Part shown: positions 21,191-29,582 of the stretch, one piece after another
Layout of the letters: every line of letters begins with the position of its first letter
How positions within the stretch are numbered: the stretch's first letter is position 1
Source: Candidatus Woesearchaeota archaeon
GTDB lineage: Archaea; Nanobdellota; Nanobdellia; Woesearchaeales; UBA583
Length of the DNA: 64,000 nt
Assembly (NCBI GenBank): GCA_027858315.1
Contig: JAQICV010000077.1
Location: 6,186-70,185, forward strand
Reading direction: 5' to 3'
Program-made: the position numbers and the translations under genes
The notes under the pieces: generated by a model
Told to the model about the DNA's origin: nothing
What the model saw: only the letters and a program-made list of their open reading frames with translations
The model's database searches: none

Positions 21191-22402
21191 AAGCCCTCCG
21201 ACCGGGAGTAGTTTAATGTTAGAAATACAAGATATCAACAATAAAGAACTAAATACGTTGATATTAATAAATTTTAAAACTTAAATAAAAGTTCACCTCC
21301 TTTAATTAGGTGACTACAAAAATGAAAAATGAAAAAAATGTAGTCTCCTATTTCAAAGTTTTCTTGTACTGCTTTATTAAAAACTGAATTGTTGGTTTTA
21401 AATTGTTATTTTGAGAGTATTCTCTTAAAGAGAAGTAATACTCTTGTCTATCTTCTAAAAATATGTTAATTGGAGGATAATTATTTTTTAATAATATGTA
21501 ATTTAGTAATAATCTACCAACTCTGCCATTTCCATCTTGAAATGGATGAATATGTTCAAATTGATTATGGACTAGGGCTGCTAAGATCAGAGGTTTAAAG
21601 TTATTCTTATTCTCATTATACCAATGTATAAATTCGTCCAATTCTTCTTTTAATTGTGAGACAGGTGCTCCTTGATGAATGATATCACCTTGATTATTTT
21701 TTATTACAACTTCAACATCCCTTAACTTCCCTGCAAATCCTTTTGAACCTTTAAAACAAATTTCATGTAATTTTAATATTAAATCTAAAGAAACATCATC
21801 CTTGCAAGTGTTAATGAAATCTACGGCCAATCCAACATTAATAGTTTCTAGTTCATCTTTAGTTTTAGGTAAAGTTTTCTCTTCAAGTAAATCCTTAACT
21901 TCATCTTCAAGAACAGATGAACCTTCAATTGCATTAGTATTATATACGAAATCTTCTTTAAATTTCTCAAATTCTGAATTTTGAAGATGAATTATTTTTA
22001 ACTTAGAATCATATTTATTTAATTGATTAATTTGAGAAGAAGATAAAAAAAAATTAAAGACTTCTGTTTTTAACTCTTCAATTTGTTCAAGAATTATTTG
22101 CTGTGCCCTAGATTTATTTTTTTCTAAATCTTTTGCAGATAAATTTTGTCCTAGATACCTAGAAATTTTTTTTACTTTATCATTATCTCTATAAGAATGA
22201 GATAAATAGTATTTTATATTTTTTCCAGATTTTCTTTTTTCTACAAACATAGTAATAATTAGGTGACTACAATTTATAAATATATCTTCTTATGTAGTCA
22301 CCTTTCTTAAAATTTAGGTTCACCTCCTACCAAAAGTCAAGAATCTAGAAAATACATAATACGGTTCGCCTCCCGCGTTTTTTAAAAGCCCTCCGACCGG
22401 GA
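21191..22402. mobile_element. ~1.2 kb tRNA-Glu-associated cassette carrying a Fic gene, flanked by a 17-bp direct repeat of the tRNA 3' end
   Basis: 'aagccctccgaccggga' occurs at 21191-21207 and again at 22386-22402, inside the tRNA. Internal repeats: 'aggtgactaca' at 21308 and 22261, its inverse at 22293, and 'gttcRcctcc' at 21291, 22318 and 22364. Confidence 0.6.
21348..22250 (-). CDS. Fic-family protein (AMP-transferase), class II with inhibitory TxxxEG helix
   Basis: 300 aa ORF with the Fic motif HPFQDGNGRVGR and an upstream TNAIEG inhibitory motif. Confidence 0.85.
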   Translation of the reverse strand: MFVEKRKSGKNIKYYLSHSYRDNDKVKKISRYLGQNLSAKDLEKNKSRAQQIILEQIEELKTEVFNFFLSSSQINQLNKYDSKLKIIHLQNSEFEKFKEDFVYNTNAIEGSSVLEDEVKDLLEEKTLPKTKDELETINVGLAVDFINTCKDDVSLDLILKLHEICFKGSKGFAGKLRDVEVVIKNNQGDIIHQGAPVSQLKEELDEFIHWYNENKNNFKPLILAALVHNQFEHIHPFQDGNGRVGRLLLNYILLKNNYPPINIFLEDRQEYYFSLREYSQNNNLKPTIQFLIKQYKKTLK

Positions 22403-22463
22403 TTTGAACCCGGGTCCCCGGCTCGAAAGGCCGGAATGATTGGCCGGACTACACCATCGGAGG
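22389..22463 (-). tRNA. tRNA-Glu (anticodon UUC)
   Basis: Cloverleaf with anticodon loop CTTTCGA, T-arm GGGTTCAAATCCC and a 7-bp acceptor stem with C1:G72. No encoded CCA. Confidence 0.85.
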
Positions 22464-22557
22464 ATTATATAGAAATAAACCTTTTATTTGTCCGTTTGTT
22501 ATAATTAAAAGGAACTAATTTCCCTTTAAAAAGTTTTTTGTAAATTCTAGCGGCCCC

Positions 22558-22632
22558 AGGGAGATTCGAACTCCCGATCCACAGCTTAGAAGGCTGTTAT
22601 CATATCCAGGCTAGACCATAGGGCCACAATAA
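22558..22632 (-). tRNA. tRNA-Arg (anticodon UCU)
   Basis: Cloverleaf with anticodon loop CTTCTAA and T-arm GGGAGTTCGAATCTCCC. Confidence 0.8.
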
Positions 22633-22736
22633 TATTAATTAATTAAGATTGGATTATAAAGTTTATTATTTAGTTCAAGCTAAATAATGACCAAAAATCT
22701 TAAAGAAGATTTTTGATTTATTATAAAAAAACTTTA

Positions 22737-23399
22737 TTATTCAGTCTTTGTTTCAGCTTTTAATTCAGCTTTTGCTGCAGCAGCTGCTGCTGCTGCTGCT
22801 TTTTGTTCTGCTTCTTTTCTATCAATTTCTGCATTAGTTTCTAATTCTGCTTTAGTTAATTTTTTAACTTTTTGAATAGTGGAATGAGTAGTTGTTCGAA
22901 GTGTTAGTTTTGAAGAACCAACTCTTAAAGCTTCTCTTCCAAAGATCTCTTCTCCTGCAGGTAAAAATAATTCGAAAATTACTTTTCCTTTATGTACTTG
23001 ACATGCAGTACCAATAGTTTTACCAAAACTGTGTTTCATACCTGTTGAAAGCCTATCTGCTCCTGCTCCTGCAGCAAGAGGATTCTCTCTTAAAGTATGA
23101 TGAGGCACAGCTTTAATTCTAAAGTAAAAACCAGATCTACCATATTTCTTTTCAATTCTTCTTAAAACTGCAATTCTTGCAGCTTCAATTGAATTAGTTC
23201 TTACTTGTGCATCATCTTTTGAAATTAATTGCAATTTTACTGGAAAATTATCTGATTGAACTAAATTACCCATATCAAACTTAATAATCTTTTTACCAGG
23301 TCTTGCTTTAACAAAAGCTTTCTTCCTATATTTTGAAAATCTAGTGTAAGGTCTCTCTAGTTTTCTATAAGCGGTCCATTTTCTAAGCTTTGTTGCCAT
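22737..23399 (-). CDS. rpl10e: ribosomal protein L10e (uL16) with C-terminal Ala/Lys-rich extension
   Basis: 220 aa ORF with the N-terminal RPYTRFSKY..KIIKFDMGN motif. The C-terminus includes an A9 run encoded by (GCN)9. Confidence 0.85.
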   Translation of the reverse strand: MATKLRKWTAYRKLERPYTRFSKYRKKAFVKARPGKKIIKFDMGNLVQSDNFPVKLQLISKDDAQVRTNSIEAARIAVLRRIEKKYGRSGFYFRIKAVPHHTLRENPLAAGAGADRLSTGMKHSFGKTIGTACQVHKGKVIFELFLPAGEEIFGREALRVGSSKLTLRTTTHSTIQKVKKLTKAELETNAEIDRKEAEQKAAAAAAAAAKAELKAETKTE

Positions 23400-23401
23400 T
23401 G

Positions 23402-23665
23402 TTAATTAATCTTTACAGATCCCCCAATTGCTTGACCAGGCATACCAGTAATAAAATGAACTCTAACTGCACCTTTACCACCATGAATTGCGCTAATTGT
23501 ACCAGTAATTTCTTTTTTTGCTTTTCCTTCACAAACATAAGTTACAGTTTTACCAACTAATTTCTCAGCTGTTTCTTTACTATCAGTACCTGGAACTAAA
23601 ACTATCATTTGGTTAGTTGTTTGTGTTTTTCTTCCTCTTCTATAATTCACAATAATTCCTTCCAT
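23402..23665 (-). CDS. rpl35ae: ribosomal protein L35Ae
   Basis: 87 aa ORF matching the L35Ae pattern (VNYRRGRKTQ..VHF). Confidence 0.75.
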   Translation of the reverse strand: MEGIIVNYRRGRKTQTTNQMIVLVPGTDSKETAEKLVGKTVTYVCEGKAKKEITGTISAIHGGKGAVRVHFITGMPGQAIGGSVKIN

Positions 23666-23666
23666 T

Positions 23667-24041
23667 TTAGTCCCTCGTTTTAATAATTAAATCATTACCT
23701 TTTTTAGTTAAAACTTTTCCAGCTTTAGGTAAAGCTACTTGTTTGATTAAACCAGCACTTTCAAGTTGTTGTAAAACTTTTCTTACAATGTTTCTTGAAC
23801 CATCAAATTTTTTCTCAGGTCTGTGACCTCTATTTTTTTTACCACCGTAAGCTTTAGCTAATGTGTTTGTTCCAATTGGACCATATTTATTAACTTTACT
23901 TAATACTGAAGCAGCTCTTACTTGCCACCATTCAGGATTTACAGGAGGTCTTTCTTTACTAACACCTGTTTTAACAAAAGCGGCCCATTCAGGAGCTACA
24001 ACTTCTTTCACATTTCTCATTTCATCAATAAGTTTATCCAT
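23667..24041 (-). CDS. rps19e: ribosomal protein S19e
   Basis: 124 aa ORF with PEWAAFVKTGVSKERPP and NRGHRPEK. Confidence 0.85.
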   Translation of the reverse strand: MDKLIDEMRNVKEVVAPEWAAFVKTGVSKERPPVNPEWWQVRAASVLSKVNKYGPIGTNTLAKAYGGKKNRGHRPEKKFDGSRNIVRKVLQQLESAGLIKQVALPKAGKVLTKKGNDLIIKTRD

Positions 24042-24483
24042 TCTTTTTTACCTCCTCAGTTTCCTCTTCCTTAGTCTCAACTTCTTTAACTTCAGCGTTT
24101 TTTACTTCAGTCTTAGTCTCTTCAGTCTTTGCAGCTTTAGCAGGTTTCTCTGCTTTTTGTTCTTTTACTGCTTGAACTTCTTGAGATCTATATTTGTCAA
24201 GATGTTTATCCACACCGATTTCAATTAAGTTAACTAATGTTTTCTCAACTCCACCAATTTGTGTCTTAAGAGCAATTACACTCACTTTCCCTGGAGGATT
24301 CTTAATACCATTCTCCCATACTTTTTCGTTAAGTTCTGGACAAATGATAACTGAATCAGTTTTCATATGTTTTTGAATAAATTCTTGTAAAACACAGATA
24401 GCTTTTTTACTCCTTCTCCACTTTGGAGCAAACTTAGTTTTTCTCCTCAGTGGGACTACATATTCCCGTTTAAGCTCTGTCAT
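24034..24483 (-). CDS. rpl31e: ribosomal protein L31e with K/E-rich C-terminal tail
   Basis: 149 aa ORF with an L31e core (RRSKKAI..VWENGIKNPP) followed by a ~55 aa charged tail. Confidence 0.8.
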   Translation of the reverse strand: MTELKREYVVPLRRKTKFAPKWRRSKKAICVLQEFIQKHMKTDSVIICPELNEKVWENGIKNPPGKVSVIALKTQIGGVEKTLVNLIEIGVDKHLDKYRSQEVQAVKEQKAEKPAKAAKTEETKTEVKNAEVKEVETKEEETEEVKKNG

Positions 24484-24672
24484 TTTTATTTGAAAAATAC
24501 GAATATCCTATAAATTTAGGATTTTCATACTAAAAAAGAATAAATACTGCTTTTTAAAAGTTATCATGGAAATCTATTCTGAAATCATTTATTTGTTAGG
24601 ATTTAGAATTGTTAATTTTCAACAGATTTTTAAATAAAAGAAGAGATTAAATTCTATGAGAAATGTAATAAA

Positions 24673-24840
24673 ATGGTAAAATGGTTGTGTATTCCTTGTG
24701 GATATGTATATGATGAGAATATAGGAGATATTGACAGCGGTATTGAAGCTGGAACTAAATGGAGTGATATTCCTGATAGTTGGGTCTGCCCTATCTGTGG
24801 AGTTTCCAAATCAGATAAAGATCTTTGGAAACAAGTATAA
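24673..24840 (+). CDS. rubredoxin
   Basis: 55 aa ORF ([15 protein letters not shown]...[10 protein letters not shown]) with CxxCG and CPxCG motifs. It is too short to appear in the supplied ORF track. Confidence 0.85.
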   Translation: MVKWLCIPCGYVYDENIGDIDSGIEAGTKWSDIPDSWVCPICGVSKSDKDLWKQV

Positions 24841-24849
24841 ATTAAATAA

Positions 24850-26040
24850 TTAATTTTCTTCTCTAAAAGAACCCATCCCTTTAGTAATAAAAATGCCTGA
24901 AAATGCTATTGCGCTAAGGGTGTATATGGTTTCCCCAAATAATATGAAAATTCCCATGATTCCAATCGCAAACATAATTTTGGCAGTATGTAAATACCAC
25001 TCCCTTAGAATAATATATTCCATGTAATCTCCCTTTGATGCATTATTATAAAATATTGACATGAAAAGCATATTAACATGGCTTCTTACAAGTTTTCCTA
25101 AACCTTCAATTATGTATAGTGCAAATAACCCGAAGAAAATAACTAGACTCTTAAAGAACCAACTTACAGATTCAAATCTCATTATATTTGGCAATTCTTT
25201 ATCTATACCTTTTTTATCAAAATAAGATTTAGTGTAATATAAAATAATCATACTAAAAAATGAAATTGTAGTAAGTAAAATTCCCACATTAAAGAAGCTT
25301 TTACTAAGTAAAATGAACACTAGTATTGGCCAAATTCTTAGTATTAAAATTGCATCTAATCCTTCATAGATAAATGCCTTTTTAGATATTTTATTTTTTT
25401 TATTTTTAATTAATTTGTAATAATCTTTGTAAGAGAAATCATAATTTTTTATTCGAATATCCTTAGATTTTAAAAGAGGCACAAGACCAAGTAAAACAAT
25501 TGAAAATGTTAAAATTAAAAGGTACCAAAAACTAGTAAATTCTAGAATATAACCTGATATAATCGGGGCAGAAGTTCCTACAAGTGTTGTAATAATTTGT
25601 AGTGTTCCCATTTGTGAACTCCTATGTTTATTTGAGCCATTAACTGCGATTTCGCTGTGAAAAGTTGGCCAAAAAAATGACATATATAAACCAAAACTAA
25701 TCCAACTTAAATGATAATATAGTGTCGAGAGTGATAAGAAATTAAGGAATATTACATGGACTAAATAAATTGGGGTTGTGAATAATAAAGTATATTTGAA
25801 ACCTAATTTATTAATAGTTTTAACAGAAATTGGAATCATGATTAAATAAATAATCGAAGTTCCAATACTATAGAGTATAACTTCAACTAAAGAGTATCCT
25901 ATGCTGTATAAATAAACTGGTACAAAAATTCCAATTAAGCTTTTTGCAAAGGTTAAAAGCGCTTGATAAATGTATAAAGGACTCATTTTATCATGCATTG
26001 CCTTATGCAATTCAAAGTGATGATTATGATGTAGATTCAT
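24850..26040 (-). CDS. polytopic membrane protein (MFS-like transporter)
   Basis: 396 aa ORF with about 11 transmembrane helices. Confidence 0.35.
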   Translation of the reverse strand: MNLHHNHHFELHKAMHDKMSPLYIYQALLTFAKSLIGIFVPVYLYSIGYSLVEVILYSIGTSIIYLIMIPISVKTINKLGFKYTLLFTTPIYLVHVIFLNFLSLSTLYYHLSWISFGLYMSFFWPTFHSEIAVNGSNKHRSSQMGTLQIITTLVGTSAPIISGYILEFTSFWYLLILTFSIVLLGLVPLLKSKDIRIKNYDFSYKDYYKLIKNKKNKISKKAFIYEGLDAILILRIWPILVFILLSKSFFNVGILLTTISFFSMIILYYTKSYFDKKGIDKELPNIMRFESVSWFFKSLVIFFGLFALYIIEGLGKLVRSHVNMLFMSIFYNNASKGDYMEYIILREWYLHTAKIMFAIGIMGIFILFGETIYTLSAIAFSGIFITKGMGSFREEN

Positions 26041-26193
26041 TTTAATATAATTCTAAATAATTTATATTTTATATAAAAGTTAAGTATTACTTAAAAATAA
26101 TAATTCTTGGAAATTCTTAATCATTGTTTAGATTCATTTCATCCCAACTACATAACTCTAAGATATTTGAAAGAATAAAATAAAAATTTACTC

Positions 26194-26556
26194 TTATTTT
26201 TTTTCTAGTTCTTTAGTTAAATCTTCAATAGTCTCATCATCAAGAGTTTGCCCTAATAAAGCTTTTTCAAGAATTATCTCCCTAATCTTTGAAGTCCTTT
26301 TTAATTGATCTAAATAACTTTGAGATTCAATTAACTCATCAAAAAATTCATAAACTGCAGTTTCTAGTTCTGCTTTAGTTCCTTCTTTTTCTTTAAATTT
26401 CATATTAACAATGAAATAATCTTCTTCTTGATCTAAAAAGAAAAAAAAATCACTTAATTTTACATAAGATGCTTGTATTAGAACTTCTTTTGGATATATT
26501 TCTTTATTTATCCTAATAATTGCAGCCCAAACATTTATTTCGAAATGTGTCTTCAT
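26194..26556 (-). CDS. hypothetical protein
   Basis: 120 aa acidic ORF with no motif, divergent from the radical SAM gene. Confidence 0.25.
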   Translation of the reverse strand: MKTHFEINVWAAIIRINKEIYPKEVLIQASYVKLSDFFFFLDQEEDYFIVNMKFKEKEGTKAELETAVYEFFDELIESQSYLDQLKRTSKIREIILEKALLGQTLDDETIEDLTKELEKK

Positions 26557-26607
26557 AAAAATATATCTTTGATAAGATTTATAAAACTATTTTTTTCTTA
26601 TAATAAT

Positions 26608-28041
26608 ATGGCTATAAATTTCCTAAAACAAGATGGTTTAGATTATATTAGTAATTTTTATAGATATAAATTATATGATACTATGTCAGGACTTTATTTG
26701 GTAACTCTTGATGATGGAAATTTTTTATTTATTAATAAAAGTACACTACAACAATTAAAAAAAGGTAAAATTGTAGACCCTAAAATCTTTGAAATTTTAC
26801 TTCAAAAAGGTGTAATTATTACTGAGAAAAATTTTAATCAGATTGTTGAAAAAACTAAAAAAAGATATGAATTCCTTAATTCAGGAACTTCACTTCATAT
26901 TGTTATTCCCACACATAGATGTAATCTTGCTTGCGTATATTGTTTTGCATCTTCTTGTTCTATGACTGAGAAAATACAAGAAACAGATATGAGTGATGAT
27001 ACTGCATTAAAAATTGTTGAATTTATTATGAAATCACCATCAAACTCAATAACTATCGAATTTCAAGGAGGAGAACCTTTAGTTAGATTTGATATAATCA
27101 AAATTATGGTAAAACATGCCAATGAGTTAAATAAAACTTATAAAAAAGATTTACATTTTGCACTTGTCTCAAATCTAACTTTAATGAGTGATGATATTGC
27201 TGATTGGTTAATTGAAAATGATGTTACAATTTGTACTTCATTTGATGGGCCTAAAGAAGTTCATGATAAAAATAGATTTTTTTTATCAAAAAGTGGATCG
27301 GAAATTGGAACATATGAAAAAGTTGTTTACTGGGTAAAACGAATTAATGAGAAATATAAAACTCTGAATAGTAAATTACAAGTAAATGCTCTTATGACTA
27401 TAACTAAAAATTCCTTACCATTTTACAAAGAAATTATTGATGAATATGTAAAATTAGGACTTTATTCTGTAGACATTAGAGGACTTACACATGTTGGAAG
27501 AGTTGAAGAAAATGAAGATTCAATTACATATTCTCAAGAAAATTTCATTGAGTTTTATGAAAAATCCTTAAAGCATTTAGAATCTTTAAGAGAAAAAGGT
27601 ACTTTTGTTTTTGAGAGAATGCAAGAACTTTACGCAAAGAAAGTGCTTTTAAATGTCCCTGGATATCATACTGATTACGAATCTCCTTGTGGAGCTGCAA
27701 CAGGCCAAATGACATATTTTAATAATGGTGAAATTTATACATGTAATGAAGCTTTAGGTAGAGATGAATTTAACTTAGGGAATGTTTATGATGATAATTG
27801 GCAAAAAATTTTTAAAAAAAAAGAGACTTCAAAAGCAATACTTAATTCTATGATTGAGCAAAATGTTATTTGTGATAGATGTGTGTATAAACCATACTGC
27901 TCAACTTGTATGGTCGAAAATTTTTATAAAGATAAAAAATTTAACTTTTATCCAACAAAAACTGCAAATCATCATACTACAATTTATCAGTCTAAACAAA
28001 TATTCGATAAAATTCTTGAAGAATTAAAAAAACAATTCTAA
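26608..28041 (+). CDS. radical SAM / SPASM-domain protein (maturase-like)
   Basis: CNLACVYC is a Cx3Cx2C motif. A C-terminal SPASM-like cysteine cluster (CGAA...CDRCVYKPYCSTC) is present. The likely start is MAINFLK inside the 26545 ORF. About 90 aa precede the core. Confidence 0.8.
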   Translation: MAINFLKQDGLDYISNFYRYKLYDTMSGLYLVTLDDGNFLFINKSTLQQLKKGKIVDPKIFEILLQKGVIITEKNFNQIVEKTKKRYEFLNSGTSLHIVIPTHRCNLACVYCFASSCSMTEKIQETDMSDDTALKIVEFIMKSPSNSITIEFQGGEPLVRFDIIKIMVKHANELNKTYKKDLHFALVSNLTLMSDDIADWLIENDVTICTSFDGPKEVHDKNRFFLSKSGSEIGTYEKVVYWVKRINEKYKTLNSKLQVNALMTITKNSLPFYKEIIDEYVKLGLYSVDIRGLTHVGRVEENEDSITYSQENFIEFYEKSLKHLESLREKGTFVFERMQELYAKKVLLNVPGYHTDYESPCGAATGQMTYFNNGEIYTCNEALGRDEFNLGNVYDDNWQKIFKKKETSKAILNSMIEQNVICDRCVYKPYCSTCMVENFYKDKKFNFYPTKTANHHTTIYQSKQIFDKILEELKKQF

Positions 28042-28111
28042 TGTTCATCACTTTTTAATGAATAAAGTAGATATATTTATAAATCCTAAATTTTACTAAT
28101 ATATATAGAAA

Positions 28112-28693
28112 ATGAACGACGATAAAAGATTAAAAGAAGCATTTAGAAAAATCAAACAAGATATGTTTGTTCTATCCAAACAAATTGATGAAATTAAGGG
28201 AAGCAAAGTTTCTACGAAAACTGAGATAAAAACAGATTTTGATAAAAAAAAGTTTGAAAACTTTGTAAATAATGTTGAAAAAGAATTAGGAGACTTAAAT
28301 CTTTATTTGAAAGAATTTGATGATAGAATTAAACATATCTCAAAAAAAATTGAAATTTCAGATAAAGAGAGAGAAGATATAAAAAATAAATCTTTACTTA
28401 ATCAAAGTTCATCACAATCAAATAAAAGCGATATTGAATTATTTGATGAAAGGTTTGGTGAATTTTCAGAAATTTTAAATGAGAAAGTAACACTTGAAAT
28501 AAGTTCATTAAGATTAGAATTTACTGAAGAAGTTGCAAATTTATATGATAAATTTTTCAATGAGATTCTAGATTTAAAACATGAGATAACTAAAAAACAA
28601 AAAAAAGAAGAAAAATCTTCTAAAAAAGCTGAAAAAGAAACAGAAATTAAAAAAGAAACTATTAAAGAAATTCCTGCACCAGTTGAAAAATAA
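28112..28693 (+). CDS. K/E-rich coiled-coil protein
   Basis: 193 aa low-complexity charged ORF. Confidence 0.3.
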   Translation: MNDDKRLKEAFRKIKQDMFVLSKQIDEIKGSKVSTKTEIKTDFDKKKFENFVNNVEKELGDLNLYLKEFDDRIKHISKKIEISDKEREDIKNKSLLNQSSSQSNKSDIELFDERFGEFSEILNEKVTLEISSLRLEFTEEVANLYDKFFNEILDLKHEITKKQKKEEKSSKKAEKETEIKKETIKEIPAPVEK

Positions 28694-28922
28694 ACAACTT
28701 TATTTAATAAAAAAAAGACAACTAAAAAAGATGAACCTTTTAAAAAAATTGAGGAGGATGAACTTTATCCTGCTCATATTGAAAAAGAGAGTAAAATGAA
28801 AAAAATTGCTAAATGGCTTTTTGTTGATGAAGAAGAAGATGAAATAGAACATATTAAATCAGAAATCAAAAAGTCTGAAAAATAAACATCTATTTTTAAA
28901 ATACCTTTCACAATATACTAAT

Positions 28923-29225
28923 ATGGTAAAACAAATCGAGAATATATTTAGCTTAGTTGCTCAAATAAAAGTATACTTTGGAAATGTGGGTATATATTTG
29001 AGTATTGCAAATTTTTTAATGCTTCTTGCAACATTTAAACTTGCATATGGAATTAATATCAGTGCATTTCTTTTAGTTCCAACCGGATTTATTTTAATTA
29101 TTTTTTTGGGTTGGCTTGATTATAATCTTATTTTAAAATACCAATCTCAACATTCAAATAAAAAAAATGATTTGAAACATCAATTAAATAGGATTGAAGA
29201 AAAACTAGATAAAATTTTAAAATAA
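28923..29225 (+). CDS. small membrane protein
   Basis: 100 aa ORF with two transmembrane helices. Confidence 0.3.
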   Translation: MVKQIENIFSLVAQIKVYFGNVGIYLSIANFLMLLATFKLAYGINISAFLLVPTGFILIIFLGWLDYNLILKYQSQHSNKKNDLKHQLNRIEEKLDKILK

Positions 29226-29345
29226 AATTACTTCTTATCAAGATGGTCTCCTTTCAACCTTTTTTCTGAGCTTTTTACTTATTGATGGCTCTCGAGTTCC
29301 GTTAACTCTTCGCCTTAAAAAGCTAAAAAAGATTGAGCAAAAAAA

Positions 29346-29579
29346 TTACTTTTTATCCAGATGGTCTTCTTTGAATTTAAGACCTTTGTCTATAAAACTT
29401 AAAAAAATTTGAGCATCTTCTTTTTTCATTGCAAATAGGTTTGCAAATTCTTCAATATCAAATTTATTTATTTTTAATTTTGTTAGATACTTAGCGATTT
29501 CTTCTGCTTTTTCTTTTTCAAATAAATTGTATTTCTTAACGACTTCTTCAAATAATTTTTTATGTTCATCTAAATCCAT
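29346..29579 (-). CDS. hypothetical small protein
   Basis: 77 aa ORF. A degenerate copy of its 3' end lies at 29229-29262. Confidence 0.3.
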   Translation of the reverse strand: MDLDEHKKLFEEVVKKYNLFEKEKAEEIAKYLTKLKINKFDIEEFANLFAMKKEDAQIFLSFIDKGLKFKEDHLDKK

Positions 29580-29582
29580 TTT

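Noticed and set aside
28694-28885. Possible frameshifted C-terminal extension of the K/E-rich protein 28112..28693 (downstream frame encodes ...MKKIAKWLFVDEEEDEIEHIKSEIKKSEK)
   Set aside because: The composition is similar, but there are no motifs to anchor it. It could equally be an independent tiny ORF or non-coding.
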